Below are positions 28,900 through 43,976 of a stretch of 64,000 nt of DNA, piece by piece; position 1 is the stretch's first letter, and every line of letters starts with the position of its first letter. The translations under genes and the position numbers were made by a program. The notes beneath the pieces are model-generated. The model was given only the letters and a program-made list of their open reading frames with translations. It had not been told where the DNA came from and searched no databases. Origin of the DNA: Octopus vulgaris (Eukaryota); assembly GCA_951406725.2 (NCBI GenBank), contig OX597815.1, positions 201,810,001 to 201,874,000 on the forward strand, given 5' to 3'.

Positions 28900-29775
28900 C
28901 AGCGTGAAAGAAAATACCTACGCTGAACTATAGAGAAATTTGCACTTACTCTATCCAGATTACAAGTTCACTTTCATACCTGTGATTACTGGGAGACTGG
29001 GATATGTAGCACACTGCCTAAATACCAATGTAGAAAAATTAGGATTCTCAAAACCAGAGAGGAGAAATCTGATTCGAAGACCAAAGACTGATTCGAAGAC
29101 CAAAAACTGATTCGAAGACCAAAGACTGTTTGTAAGTGGTTCGCTACGACTGGAACCGAAAATTTTGACCTGGAAGATCGTGACCGTTCCGGCAGGCCTA
29201 CGGTCTGTCATAATGAACGAGTGGAAACTTTAATAAGAAAAAAATAAACCATGTCACTTACTGTTGGGCATCGCAGCTATTCTCCACGTATCTCAAGTGA
29301 GCGTTATGAAGCATTTAAGAGACGTTGTTATGTGAATCGCCACGATGATTGTATACTACATAAATTAAAATGAAAAAAATAGACCGCCTTTCCATTTGTG
29401 TTTCTCTGCTCAGACAAAACAAAACTGATCATGAGTGATGACAAATGTATTATTTACAATATAAAATGAAAATGGTCCTCGGGAGGGCGCGATGAACCGC
29501 CTTCGATCTCTCCAAAAGCTGCTCTGTAACCGAAGAAGGAGATGGTCTGTATCTGGTGGAATTAGAAGGGTATTGTGTATTATGAGCAAATTTCACAAGA
29601 TCAGACGTTAAATTCAAAGTATTATTATTTCCAATTAGACCGATTAAAGGAAGCAATTGATGATCAGAATTGGACAATCGAGATGATGTCGTCTTACATG
29701 AGGACAACATTATACTGCACATTACTTTGAAGACCAGGCAGAAATTGATGCAGCAACCGTACTCACCTGACACAT
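28900..29775 (+). mobile_element. Decayed Mos1-like mariner transposase
   Basis: EDRDRSGRP, MSDDKCIIYN, KKEMVCIWWN*KGIVYYE, NSKYYYFQLDRLKEAI, VVLHEDN, QPYSPD; internal 19-bp triple repeat at 29069-29128. Confidence 0.85.
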
Positions 29776-29778
29776 TAA

Positions 29779-29803
29779 TACATACATACATACATATACA
29801 CAA

Positions 29804-29854
<51 letters not shown>

Positions 29855-29986
29855 CATACATACATATATGCATACATACATACATGCATGCATACATACA
29901 TGCATGCATACATGCATGCATGCATACATGCATGCATACATACATGCATGCATACATACATACATACATACATACATACATACATA
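29779..29986. repeat. (CATA)/(CATG)/(TA) compound microsatellite
   Basis: Direct reading. Confidence 0.93.
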
Positions 29987-32099
29987 GGAGAAAGATCCAG
30001 GCTAAATGTGAAAATAGAAAGGCATACAAATATCCCATTTATATTACATGACAATCCTAGACTTCACAATTCCCTACACTCAGCCAAACAATGCCGCCCA
30101 ATTCTATATCAATCACCAAATCTCCAATGAATAATTAAAAGATCACAAATTATCAACAGTCAAATACAACCACCCTAACTCAAGTGATTCCTAACAAAGC
30201 GACATTCACATTTGAAAACGACACGTTGCATGTAACCAATTATGGAGACCTCCGTATGGGACATGCGAATTAATTAAGCAGAAGACAGCCAAAAGATTCG
30301 AGAAAGTGGATGAATTAAAAGTGAATAGCAAACATGAATCGGAAAACATAAAACCCCCATCTGCTATATCACATGCTCACAACGCAATGAAAACTACATT
30401 GGGAAGACAAGAAAGATACTGACCTGTCGTGTAAATGTGCATAAACAAAAAATTAGGGATTCATCATTTAAGAATGTCCTATGCAGTGAACATCAAGATA
30501 TCAGTGCCGGTAGGTAGGAGTGTTGTAATAGATATATACTAATCCTTGTCCAGAGAGGTTAGGCTGTAAAGACAAACAGAGAACGGATATATAAAGCAGA
30601 TTCGGACCTACAAGCTGGATAGTAAGGTGGAACTAATAAAGCGATTGTAAAAAGATAAAAGAAGTCCAATGTAGTAGTTGGTCAATTTTACAAGAGGGGT
30701 AGGGATACACGGGGCTGGCTTGGACTTATTAATGTTAGAAATAGATGCCATACTAGCAAACGAAATATTCAAGATTTGAAATTTAAAACTAAAGTTAATA
30801 AGTAATATAAACACGGAAAGTAAAAGGATAAAAAATAGATATGAAAAACAAAAATTAAAGTAAAATAATGTTAAAATTTGAATTTAAGTTCAGTGTATCT
30901 GTAGTGTTAATGAAGAAATGTTTCCCATGCGACCTGTGGAAGAACTTGAAAGACGAAGAGAAGCTGTGTATAAGGGTGAAGGCGCCGTGGTCTTTATTTA
31001 GTGACGGGGTAGGATTATTTATGTGGAAGTACCAAATAAATAGATGTTAGTTATAATCCGAAATGCTTGCATTTTTATGCTTAAAACTGTGGCTATGTGT
31101 TACTCCTTCCCGAATATCGTAGGATTTGTTTAGAGAAAGTTGTGCATGATAACTTTTAGCTTGGCGCATTAACTACAACCTCCCTTTTAAAAACAACTTA
31201 GGATTGTATATGCGATCTCTCTCACTTAATTTCTCTCTCTCTCTCTCCCTCTCCCTCTCCTAAAAAAATCTGAATAAGATGCCTGTTGGGACTGTAACCA
31301 GGTATGTTTGACAAAGAAAACGTTCAATCATATCCTCAAAAAAGACAATTTCGTTATTTGTTTCCTCTCACAAAACTCTGTTAAACACTATGGCACGTTG
31401 GTGACAATCTTGGTACAAATTTACTTGTATACTTTGATACTTTTGCCAAAATGTGTCCTTTCATTCAGAGAAACTTTTGGTTAGTTTTCGACAATGTTTC
31501 GTTTGAATATGTACGTGTAACTGTACTAATTTTGGCGTTCCTGTCAAATATGTGTTACGTGTAGTTTCATGAAATGTCATTTTACAAAGGTTTAGCACTT
31601 TATTTTCTGTAATAATCTTTTACATTTTTTTTCTTTTGAAAGTAGTTTTACATCGTTCATTGTAATTTGAATTGGGGTGATCTCTACAGAATACAATTTG
31701 ATATTAACAGGCAAAATAAAGAACAATTATTTTTAAATCCTCACGTTGCCTTTCACCGGCACACAATAATTATTCCAAATTATTCAATAGCAGCCCCTAT
31801 TTTAAATACTATACAAAATGTAAATTAGCTCCTTTAGTTACTCATAAAATTTCCTCGTAATTTTCAGCGTCCAATTTTTAAGTCGAGAGACACTTGAAAT
31901 GTTACAAGCAAATTATAATACATTTAAAAAAGGTACGAGGAATTAATTAATTTTAACTCGAAAACTCTAAGGACATAAATAAAAATTAACATCAAAATTA
32001 AGAAATAGAATTCTGTCTAATGCTGACCTTCTATTCAATTGTATGACTAATAGTCTAATTGTAACTTTCGAAATAAACATTCCGTCCATAGCATATTCT

Positions 32100-32700
32100 T
32101 TAAAACGTTGGAATTTACGCAAGCATGTTAAGTAATATATTGGATATGCAAGAATCACCGTTCGCTATGTTTTTACAAAAATAAAACATAAGTTTTAAGC
32201 ACATTTTTATAGGCAATCAATATTTTTTTCATCTGTCAACATTCGCATTTTAAAAAGCACGTTCTTTTTTCATGCATTTGCAACAAATTGCAATTGAAAA
32301 TCAATTCTGTGAGTTTAGTCTCGTTCCATATGGGATACAAAGAAGGAGAGTGTTGACGTAATATTGAATATGTGGACAACATTTCAATAACGCCAGTTGG
32401 TCAGCAAGAACGAGGTTCATTTTTAACCGAAATATGGTCGATATCTAGATGTAAAAAATCACTTCTGACACACGTTCTTTTACAATATCCTCTCCATATA
32501 CAGCACATATCGTCTTGTAAGTTTCGTCTACATTGATATTTATTATAAAAGTGCAATTGTATTTTCCCTCGACTGTCAAGTCATCTCAAGCAAAAAAAAA
32601 TCAAACTTTCGTTGCAAGTTCACAACTATGTTGAAATGCCAAGTATCTAAGGAGCACGTATGCACAACGAAGATACTGAAGCAAGCTGCTTATTAAAGAG
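32100..32700 (-). mobile_element. Mariner deletion relic (N-terminal HTH)
   Basis: NVDETYKTICAVYGEDIVKERVCQK..SVKNEPRS on the minus strand. Confidence 0.6.
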
Positions 32701-32715
32701 AATATACATGTATCA

Positions 32716-32788
<73 letters not shown>

Positions 32789-32789
32789 A

Positions 32790-32881
32790 CTTATAAATTT
32801 TAACCTTAAAGGTATTTTAAGATGCTGCCACATTTTTTGATGGAATTTTTTTCTGTAAAAAGACTTCATCCTATATTAGTA

Positions 32882-32884
<3 letters not shown>
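32790..32884 (+). mobile_element. Short 3'-end fragment of the (TA)n-embedded element family seen at 61408-61701
   Basis: ttaaccttaaaggtattttaagatgctgcc...cttcatcctatatt is homologous to the reverse complement of 61408-61490; (TA)n on both sides. Confidence 0.6.
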
Positions 32885-32917
<33 letters not shown>

Positions 32918-33924
32918 GTATTTATATATATATGTGTGTGTGTGTGTGTTTGTGTGTTTGCGCGTGTGTGTGTGTGTGAGTATTATATAACCATTTAATC
33001 AATTACCACAATATAATGAACAATGGAGAATTATACTTCTCCAAAATTCCATTATTAAATATTTTCCTTATATTGCTTTGTGACCAGCGACCCGTATTTC
33101 TGAGGAAAAGTGACCTAGTGTCCTTTGATATAGCAATTACGTGCATTACGTTCATTTATGCTAAAACAATTGCAATACGCATTCTTCTAAACCTTGCCAA
33201 TCCTCTGCAAATTTATTGAAGGTCTTAATCTCACAGGTAGTTGTAGCGGACTGAAAATATATACATGTGATATGCATACTGAGAGTATATTCCTGCTGAG
33301 GGGACAAAAACCTCAGGGTGAAGGACAGTAGAGATAGTAATGAAATATGATAGGTGAAGTGTTCGTCTTTCACTTCAACGTAGAATGAGCCTTTCGTGAA
33401 ACAGGTCACTTTATTACACTTAGTAGGCGAAAGAACCTTAAGGACATCAGCACGCATCCAAACCACTGACATGTTATGGTAAGTATATAATATGAGATAA
33501 ATGGACAGAATTAAACGAAATCGAAAAGAAAGAAAACATTAATATTGTTTCACTAAGGTTATTTAATCAGATCATGGCAAAATAGTTTTATGCTATGAAT
33601 ATTAGAATCCAATATTAATGGAAAATAATAAAGATAAACCCCGAAATTATTTTCCCTGAATTCAGGAAAGATATAACTGGGAGTTCATTCTCGCAGTTCG
33701 GGTTAATATATTAAAATTTGTAGGGATTGGAGTATGAAGAAAATACTTTAATAACATTTTTTGGAGAAATAGAATTCTTCGTTGTCCATTAATACTTCTT
33801 CATTATATACTTTCTATACTACATGAAATTCAATGAAGCGGACTCAGGATATATCTATCGAGTGAAGTACAGTTTAATTGGTCATCTCAAACGTGTTTGA
33901 ACTCGGTTAGCCGAATTGGATACA

Positions 33925-33978
<54 letters not shown>

Positions 33979-34035
33979 ATATATATATATATATATGAGT
34001 ATGTGTGTACATATAAATATATATATATAATACAT

Positions 34036-34406
34036 ATTGTGGCACTCCATCTGTTACGACGACCAGGGTTCCGGTCAACAGAATAGTCTGCTAGGGAAAT
34101 TAACGTGTAAGTGGTTGAGCACGACCCAAGACGTGTACTCTTAACGTTATTCTCGGGGAGATTCGGTGTGACACAGCGTATGACAAGTCTGGTCCTTGTG
34201 AAATACAGGTACAACAGAAAGAGGAAGAAAGAGTGATTGAAAGTTGTGGTGAAAGAGTACAAAAGGGTTCACCACCACCCTCTGCCGGACTCTCGTGGAG
34301 CTTTAGGTGTTTTCGCTCAATAAACACGAACACTGCCCGCTCTGGTAATCGAAACCGCGATCCCACGACCACCAGTCCGCTGCCCTAACCACTGGGCCAT
34401 TGCTCC
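34036..34406 (-). mobile_element. tRNA-derived SINE, family D, with RTE-like 3' tail
   Basis: Head tggcccagtggttagggcagcggac...ggtttcgatt; tail tcgtcgtaacagatggagtgcca. Confidence 0.75.
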
Positions 34407-34469
34407 ACCACATACACACACAGATGCACACACATACATACATGAGTGATAACAACTTACTCGAAGAAA

Positions 34470-34840
34470 CCCCACTTAGTCTCCATCACGGCCACAAAAC
34501 GACTCCGCTAGCGGATGCATGCATTGTTGATTGTTTTCCTGGGGTTTATTTTCGAACATCTTCTACATCATACTCACCACCTTGACCTTGGTAGTGCTGA
34601 CTGAGCGGTTGATGTCGTTCTCTACTGATCCTTCCACTCAATAATTAATAAGATTACAATCGGGGGAATCTGGACGCCAGGAATTGGAGCAGAAGCCGAC
34701 TATAACTTTTGACAGTTTGCAGAGGTAGGGCAAGAGGGCGAAACCTCCCGCCACGTATATAGCCATCCAACAGGAACAATTTCTAACCAGCGTCGACCAC
34801 TGTCTCCAGGCACTTCAAGTAGCTGTCTAACTGGAACCTA
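34470..34840 (-). mobile_element. Tc1/mariner (DD37D-like) transposase C-terminal relic
   Basis: YLKCLETVV..WLEIV...SWRPDSPDCNLINY...NACIR*RSRFVAVME. Confidence 0.65.
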
Positions 34841-37675
34841 TTGTCCTGTTTCTCAGCTTATGATTATTTTGACCTTTAAGTAATTTTGAAACTAGATTTA
34901 TTGATACGATATCTTATAGATTCATAAAATACTTAAACATGTTGTATAATTTATGAAATTTCAGCAAATCGCTGCTTCTGTATCAACGCAGCATCTCAAA
35001 AATGATGCTAATTTAAAAATTTTAAATGTGACAATATAAAAGAGTTTTGCAGGATGAATAGCATATAAAGAGATATCAATGAATAAGTACCACATTTCAA
35101 CTAATTGCAAATATCTGTCAACAATATTTGGAGTTAGTATGGAAAGTATAAAAGAATGATGACATCAGTCATAAAGCTATTAAAATAAGTTGAAACGTAT
35201 AGATTTCGCGTCGGAAAAATATATCACATCGTATTTATATGTATCTATATGTGATGTCATTTTGCTGGCCTATGGATTAAGAGTTATAATTACTACTTCA
35301 TCACTTTTAATAAATAAGTACATCGGTTATTATAATAACAGTGAAATAAAAAAATGCATGAAGCTTTCCCAATTGACATTTTGAGGAGAATGCATTTTGA
35401 TGGTTGGGTAATAAAATATAAAATTTGAAAATGAAACTTCAAAATATTGGAAACTTTTTTTCAGAAAATGGAAATATAAAATAACAAATTGCGGTTTTGA
35501 ACATTAATATTTTAAAAATATTTCCCTTTCATTTCACATGAAAATATTCAAAGCCAAATTTTAAAAATGAATATTGATTATTTTTCCAAAATAAATTCTT
35601 CCCTTTGAGGGGAAATTATCTTTTATATCAAAAGGAAGGCGGGGGAATACAAAGCTGTTATATCATCCTTCTCAATTCCAGACTCAAGCATTCAATTAAT
35701 ATAAAGGTGGCTCTCGATTAAATTAAAAACAATCATTTCCATCCTTTGGGAAATTCTTAGAAAACAGTGCAGAAAATTTGCAATGGTTAAATCATTGTTC
35801 ATTTTAAATGGAAATTTCTGACAATAGCTAATTAAGTGAATGCATTGATTGTGCCAGGTGGAAGGGAAATGAAACGTATGTGGGTATGTTAGTAGTATCA
35901 TTTAAGTTAACAATGATTTCGAACTTTTGCTATTAGATAAATGAAGAAAAAAATATAAATAAGATCATAATGTTAATGTTTTGATATTTCCATGCTTGAT
36001 GTCAACAACTAAATACATGATGCAAATTTCATCTCCGATAATATGCAGAGACACCTTTACATCTAGTATTAGAACAACGTCATTGGTTCACATGATTAAA
36101 TTCATATTAAAAATACTGACAAATAACATTTATTTTTAAAATGGAGATTTCAGGTCGCAACTTAGTTTTGGAATCCACCTAAAGATATCTCACACTGTTT
36201 AAATTGTTATTTTAATAAGGTATTTTGAATCAGTATAATATCATCGCATTTCAAAACGAGTGTTTATTTATATCATGTATACCATATCTACATATTTAAT
36301 AAAGTTTTGTTCCGTCGATATGGAACACTTTGTACGTGGTCAATGTATCAGTTTCAGAATGCTGCATATTTCCAAAGTTAAGTATTTCTTGTACACAATT
36401 GTTGATAGTTGGCGGCTTGGGGACGTAGAGAATATGGAATTACTTGTAGCGTTACAATTCATTTTAATGCTTTAGTTGTGTGGAAGCCATCGCTATCTTC
36501 AATTATTATTATCTGTATTATTTAGATTCTTAACGAGTCAATAATTCTGTGCAGATCTATTTATATTTATTTGGACTATGTGAAAGTTAGGACATGTTCA
36601 GGTTAATATTCCTTATTTTGGGATAACTTATCATAAAAAGAATTCAAATTCTGAGTTGATAGAAATCTCATTGTAAACGAGGTTACCTTCATTTTTAGTG
36701 TATTTGCCTCTCACTGTTAGATACTTAGCGAATCATATTCACGATTTCAACCTTTAACTCTACACTTTGTGTACTTTTGTGCACAATAAGATGTCTCAGA
36801 AGGGCTAATCACATCATTATTTGATCTAATCAATATGTTTCTTCGTGTTTTACCGTTTTAACGTTGTATTCCCCAAATTTCCTGTTGGACAGAGTTGTTA
36901 CTGAGGGGCAGTTTCAGACTGAGCTACGATCAATAAGCTCTAAACTGGACGCATAAGTATATCCAAGGCTCAAATGGAAAGGAATACATGCTTAATGATA
37001 TTTAATATTTAAACATATTATATAATCAGAGGTCTGTCACCGCAATGGGTGTAACTACATACGTATCTAATACGCAATACGCACCATAAGTGATGAGACC
37101 TAAAGAAACGATTATATCATGTCACTTGATTGAGCTTTCCCCTTCATTTCTATGAGTTGTTGCCCATATTTTTGCTTGCATTGTCTTTCAATTCATTATC
37201 TACCTTTAATGCATTTATATAGTTTATATTTGTTAATTTAAAATCAAGCACTATTCAAACTATGTCACGTTCTTTTCTCATTCCTTCCGTGTATATTAGG
37301 TTTCGGACACTTCTTTTCTTCACTATCGACCTTTACTTTTCTACTTTTACAAGCGCAACACTAAATCTTCAAACCATTAGATTTCTACATTGTTTGTTTG
37401 CATCTTTTTCTTCTTCCAATAGATTTGTTGCCCTATCCATTTTTTCCGTTAACGTATCCGTCTTTCTTCTGTTACCGTATCCATCTTTGTTCCACACACT
37501 CAGTAGCTCCGCTAAGGCTTCACAGAATTATTCAGGACACAGCAGCAACTAACATACAAAGCAGCATGCATTAAACAACAGAAACTTGTTGCAATGATCC
37601 TTTCTAGAAAATAATAAGTTTTAATTTCTGAATGAAACTATTCTAATACGGGAATAATTCCTTCAAGTAAACAAT

Positions 37676-38077
37676 GCAGAAGTGGCTGTGTGGTGAGTAG
37701 CTTGCTTACCAACCACATGGTTCCGGGTTCAGTCCCACTGCGTGGCACCTTGGGCAAGTGTCTTCTACTATAGCCTCAGGCCGACCAAAGCCTTGTGAGT
37801 GGATTTGGTAGACGGAAACTGAAAGAAGCCTGTCGTATATATGTATATATATATATGTGTGTGTTTGTGGTTCTGTGTTTGTCCCCCTAGCATTGCTTGA
37901 CAACCGATGCTGGTGTATTTATGTCCCCGTCACTTAGCGGTTCGGCAAAAGAACCCGATAGAATAAGTACTGGGCTTACAAAAAAATAAGTCCCGGGGTC
38001 GAGTTGCTCGATTAAAGGCGGTGCTCCAGCCTGGCTGCAGTCAAATGACTGAAACAACTAAAAGAGTAAAAAGAGTA
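37676..38077 (+). mobile_element. SINE family B
   Basis: Full head to tail, ending aaagagtaaaagagtaa. Confidence 0.9.
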
Positions 38078-39189
38078 ACGTGTTCTACGGTATTTTTAGA
38101 TAATCATATACTCTGAAGGAAATTGTATTTTTTTTTAAAGGACAATGACAGGTTTGTAGCGAACAGTCTGGCTAAAATTAATACATTATGTTTGAAACAT
38201 TTGCTGTATTAACTGAATTACACACACTCATGATGTCTAATTAATGAGAGCTGGTAGAAACATTTCATATTCCTGAAAGAGCTCTATTATGTTACCAAAA
38301 GAATAATGAACTGGCAGTGAAACTATTATTTTATTAAAAGTGTGTGCATAGTGTTTTATAGTTTCACATTTACATAAACGACGATTAGACGAGAGTAACA
38401 ATCTTTTGTTCCTTCATGCAGAAATGTAATCCCGTATATTATAAATTCAAAGCATATTATTGATATTGTAGCTGTTGCATGGTAAGTTAACTCCAGATCA
38501 TATTGATAGTTAGCGATTAACTTTAAAAAAGTCGCTTGTGTTTATTGAAAGTGTGCGTTTGTGGTCAGATAAACCAACTTATCGGCTGTGTTTATTCCAG
38601 CAGAATGTTAATCGGTTGCGGAATAGTAATTATAAAGACGAAACATTAAGTAGCATATGGACGTATGCACACTTGACAAAGAAGAGTGAGACCATGCACA
38701 TATTACAATGTGTGTTTGAAAGTGAAACGATGTTGTTTCATCTAGAATCGAATGTAAAAGCATAGCATCTGATCTGCATGAGTCAAATAAGTTGCCTTTC
38801 ATGGCATTGTTCGCTTAATTGTAGAATGCATAGAATAACGATAATTTATGTTACACAACATTATAGGCTTTATATGAAACCCTTCCCTAGAGTAGCATAG
38901 ACATATGATGAAATTCCTTTCAACAATAATGTAAACATACAATATAAACCTGCCGCAAGATACATCGATATTTTTCAATGATGGCCGTCCTTATGTTAGC
39001 AGTGCACTCTTTCAAGTTACTTTACTGGCAGATATCTATTTGTTTTAATGCATACCTAATATATTTGTTGAGTGATATCTGGACAATGAGTCCCAATCTC
39101 CGTAATACTGAGTATGTAGATACATAAATCTATAAAAAAATATACGGCCCCTCAGACTGTAATGTGATTGATTGAAACATTTTACACGT

Positions 39190-39251
39190 TATATATATGT
39201 GTGTATGTGTGTATATATTTATGTATGTATATATATATGTGTGTGTATGTA

Positions 39252-39290
<39 letters not shown>

Positions 39291-39291
39291 A

Positions 39292-39357
<66 letters not shown>

Positions 39358-39380
39358 CGTGTATACATATATATAAGTAT
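39190..39380. repeat. (TATC)/(TA)/(TG) compound microsatellite
   Basis: Direct reading. Confidence 0.93.
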
Positions 39381-39520
39381 ATAACTACATATTTTTCTCA
39401 CTCCGTTTCTCTTTCCTCCTCTCTCCATTTTCCCCTCTCAAACCTTTTACCGAGCGGCAAGATAATACACCTGCTTGTTGTTCCCTTACTTGTATTCGTC
39501 CATTGTTTCCTGTGAATTTG

Positions 39521-39559
<39 letters not shown>

Positions 39560-41143
39560 AAAAGAATGAAATTGCACAGTTTACATTGTTATAATATATT
39601 TCAAATGAAAGTATTGTTGTTCTCGGCCGGTTTCGCTTTCGTTAATCATGACATTAAAATTATTGTGATTTCATATTTTGTGAAGAAGATTCTAGTCTAT
39701 GTTCTTGTGTGAGAGTTTGTGAATGATCCAACAAGGAGAAAGATCTAAGCGGAGGTCATCGATGATAGTTATTACACGAGAAAGGGGAGGTAATTGCTAA
39801 TTTTGGGTGTGGCACAAATAAACATACAAAAACTTATGAGCTAAAATACTGAGATGAATTATGTAGAGTGATTGATACGAGATCATGAATTAAAATATAT
39901 ATACACAGACAAAATTTGTTTATGTGTTCATATTTAGGCGTTTTCTAAATTTTTAAATAAATTTTCCTTATTTAAATTATGTTGTACATAAAGTGTTTCT
40001 TTGTTGTGGTAGATGGGGAGAACTGAAAATTAGTTGGAGATTCCCTGTACATCTCTCTGTGTATTCATTCACAGGTATCTGTCTATAACTTTTGAAACGG
40101 CTCTGTTTCTTATGTAGTGTTGTTCTCCGCCTAACTGACATAGTTGTCTGTAGTATAAGACCAATTTCACTTGTGCATCTGCGAATTTAATAATAACTTG
40201 TTCAGGTTGTGGGCGCGTGTGTGTGCATGTATGTGTGTGTATGAGTGGAAACGTATTTGTCCGTGTTTGTCTTCAACCACTACTTAAGAAGCAGTGTTGC
40301 TGTGTTTATGTGCCCGTGAATTAACTGCGCCTTAAACAAGACTGATAGAATATGCACAAGGCTCTAAAAATAAACTCTTCGATCTATTCATTCGACTGAA
40401 ATTTTTCAATTCACTGCCTCACCACAAACCTCACGTGTGCGTATGCTCACATTTTTACGGATGCTTGTATGAGCAAGTGTACTCGCACCGTGCAGCTTAC
40501 TCGAGGGTGTTTATGCCTCCATATCTGTTAACGGTTATTTTGAATACTTTTCTTGCTGAATTGCGTGTTTGTTTCCCTTTTTGAAATCTGTGATTTCATT
40601 TTCGATCTTATATATAAATGAAGATATTTTCTCAGTCTGGTTGCTTCTCTTTCTACAAAACGGAAAGTTACATTGCAGAACAGTCATTTTAAATATTTGG
40701 ATTTATATATTTATCATCCGACGGGATACATGTGCACCACCGGATGCTCCGGAACTTGTTGAGTGCCCCCATCCCCACCCCATGAGGAATCGATGCTAGA
40801 TGTGTCGAAATGATTGTCGTGATTAATAATAAATTCTCCTATATTCCATCTATCATCTTACATTTGTCATATAAACATAAATTTCAGTAACACTAGTGGT
40901 TCATTGAGATGGGAATTTGTGTATTTTTTCGATAAACTGAGAAACGTCTTTCTATATTTCACGGTGGGCGACCAGGGTTGCCTGGAATGCGAATAAGAGT
41001 ACAAGAGTTAAGGAATGGAGTAGATAAGATCCGGACTACATATCTTCCCTGTGTTAACAAGTACCTTCTTGCGGTAATGTAAACTTTCATTCAATCAAGA
41101 CACCTACGGACTGACGAGTGTTCTGTGGTATACATACATACAT

Positions 41144-41227
<84 letters not shown>

Positions 41228-41322
41228 TATAATTAAGGGCTAAAGAGGGTTATTCTAAAGCCAAATACACTGTTTTATCCACTTATAATCCGCTTGTTAC
41301 AGGAAAATTGAAACTGAAAACG

Positions 41323-41374
<52 letters not shown>

Positions 41375-41379
<5 letters not shown>

Positions 41380-41618
41380 TTAATAAGGGTGAGAGAATTA
41401 GATACTAATTTAATAGTATATCTATTCTACACCAAGTGGCCTAGTGCTCCGAGAAACCTGGATTATTATAATATTTTATAATATATTATAATATTTTTAC
41501 AAAATAAATATAAGAGAGTGGTCACTATATGGCTCACTCTAGCACCAGTTGAAACCTTTTGGATTAACTGGTGCTAGAGTGTCGTCTTCTATATGTGACC
41601 ACTCTCTTATATTTATTT
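41375..41618. mobile_element. (TA)n-flanked element with terminal foldback (41502-41618)
   Basis: aaataaatataagagagtggtcac..ctctagcaccagtt pairs with aactggtgctagag..gtgaccactctcttatatttattt. Confidence 0.7.
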
Positions 41619-43549
41619 ATATATATATATATATATATACATAGGAGGGTCTCCCATACAGCCAGGAACGTAGATATAGTAGTATATACGCTCACACGCA
41701 AAAGCGCATAATTATATATGTGCGAGATTATGTTTATCTATACGTAAGTTGCTTTTGTGTGTGTGTTTGTGTGTGTGTATGTGCGTGTATATGTTTGTGT
41801 GTGTGTGTGTTTAGACTCAATAGAAGTAGAATATTCAATATCACGTTATTGACGAGACTAGCGGATGTTGTTATACATTGCTGTTTACACTGCGCTTTGA
41901 GTGATGCCATCCGGTTTATATCTCATACTCTCATCAGATGAGAATATTCCGTCGCACACTAATTTACAGATAAACTGATAGGATCAGTGTAAAAATTATG
42001 CCATTTGCTTGAGAGCACAACGCGCAACCCTGTTTGGGAATCGAACCTATAGTTTATCGGGTCCAACTTTACTGCAACGTTCTAACCATTAGGCCATGCG
42101 CCTTTGTGTATTCAATATCTGTCAAAATATTTTCTTTGGCATAACTCCTATACTTATTGGATCAATGTTTCAATAGAGCGTTGTCACTTTGCTTTCTGAA
42201 TTACATTAACGCCGGAATGAAATAGAAATTACATTATTTAAATGCCAAACCGAGAATGTTGCCTGCATATTAGAATATTACATGGCGGAAACTGGATCGT
42301 ACATTACATTAATTAACTTAGTTATTCTTTATTCAAATTTTACATAAAACCAACACGTATTTTGTCCTTTTGTCCTTTCTGACTTGATTAGAATAGATAC
42401 GAAAACCATCAAATGAGTTAATTGCAAACGTAGAATTTCGAAACAATCATCTATATACAAATTATTTGCGATGTGTATGCTTGACTTGCCATTGATATCA
42501 TAATTAGTAATTGCACGTGAAGTCGTAGAAATTTGACTGACATTTAAGCAACTGTTCCCTCATTAAATATTTTTATATTTATGTAGCAAAACAATTGCTC
42601 ATATATTCTATGCATGTATTACGTACAAATATTCCCATAATAATAAGAGTTAACTTAACGAAAGAAAGGGTTTATTTCAAGCTCATATTCATATCCCTTG
42701 AATTATGCAGGTAAATATTTAGATAAATCTGCTGCACCTATATGTATAAATATAAAATTTATGCTTCAGATACTTCCATGTCACTCCATTACATCAGTGC
42801 AATTTTCTTCACTTTATATATAAATCCCTATATTTGGTAACGTTTCCAAACTGCAAACAATCAATATATTTAATTCCATCTATTAATGATTACGATGGTT
42901 CAGGACGAATTTGTAGCATATTGTGGACATAAATTAAATCATTTCTTGCAAAATATTATTGAATAATCGTAAATTCTTAAACCTTTTGGGTAAATGCCTG
43001 AAAACGTTTTGTTCAATATTCGCCCTGATTGAACTGACTGATTCAATAGACTAAATATTTTGAAAGAAATTGTCAAACCTTTTCCAAATTATTTCTCAGA
43101 AATTATTAAGACACACAAATATTTAATACGAACTGAAATAACTAGTAACGGTTTCAAATTTTGGTAGAATACCGAAAGACTTGCGATAAAGATATGTCGA
43201 TTACACCGATACCAGTACTCCACTGCTATTTATTTTCTTGACCCGAAAACATGACTCGAAATTTCGACCTCTTCGAATTTGAACAAAGAACGTAACTTAA
43301 ACAATTATTAAAGTGAATGATAAATTCCATTGCTGCATTATTTTTCTGCTTTTATTATCTACTTTTGATTGTGTTCAAACTATTTTTGCTGCTGAGTTGT
43401 GGCTTAATATTTCTGATGTAGGAATGTCTAGCACAAAACTCATTTATATCACATGAAAAATTCTAGAATGCCAAATTCTAGTTTTCTCAAAATCACTTAC
43501 GAAATATTCAGAACTATCGCGCGTATATATATATACATATATATACATG

Positions 43550-43805
43550 TGGTGGCATGTGGTTTAGTGGTCAGTGTGTCAGCATCATGATCGTAAGATT
43601 GTGGTTTCGATTCCTGAACCGGGCGACGCGTTGTGTTCTTGAGCAAAACACTTCATTTCACGTTGCTCCAGTCCATTTAGCTAGCAAAAATAAGTAACGC
43701 TGCGATGGACTGGCGTCCCGTCCAGCTTGGGAAGATATTTGGCATTGAAACCGGGAACCCGGGACCATGAGTCTGGCTAGGATTTAAAATGGCGCATTTA
43801 CTTTA
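43550..43805 (+). mobile_element. tRNA-derived SINE with Meta/V-like conserved core
   Basis: A box tggtttagtgg, B box ggtttcgattcc, core ctgcgatggactggcgtcccgtccag...gaaaccggg. Confidence 0.75.
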
Positions 43806-43882
43806 TTATATATATATATATATATAGTTCGATTTGTTTTTGCTCCGCCTCTGTTCTGTTTTTGTTTTTCCAACGGATTTCC

Positions 43883-43976
43883 TATTTTCTTCCTGAAGAG
43901 AAAGACACAATATGGTCCCATTATTCCATCGGATTTTGGTAATTTGTGCCTTTCGAAACACGTGTAGAATGAAATA
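43883..43976 (+). ncRNA. Type I hammerhead ribozyme with intact core, inside a 208-bp (TA)n-flanked insert (43827-44034)
   Basis: Stem I tttcttc/gaatgaaa; CTGAAGA 43893-43899; stem II gaaagacacaa/ttgtgcctttc; GAAA 43955-43958; palindromic stem III acacgtgt; GTA cleavage after 43966. Confidence 0.82.

Noticed and set aside
29069-29128. Three 19-bp repeats, superficially CRISPR-like
   Set aside because: No spacers; tandem slippage inside a mariner relic in eukaryotic DNA
33161-33472. ORF with CFTKGSFYV resembling a PIF1 helicase motif
   Set aside because: Similarity too weak, no other motifs
40776-40823. Degenerate hammerhead (cac..atgag..cgaaatgattgtc-gtg)
   Set aside because: Core too mutated to call
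41108-41130. CTGACGAG motif
   Set aside because: No downstream GAAA or stems; truncated by a microsatellite
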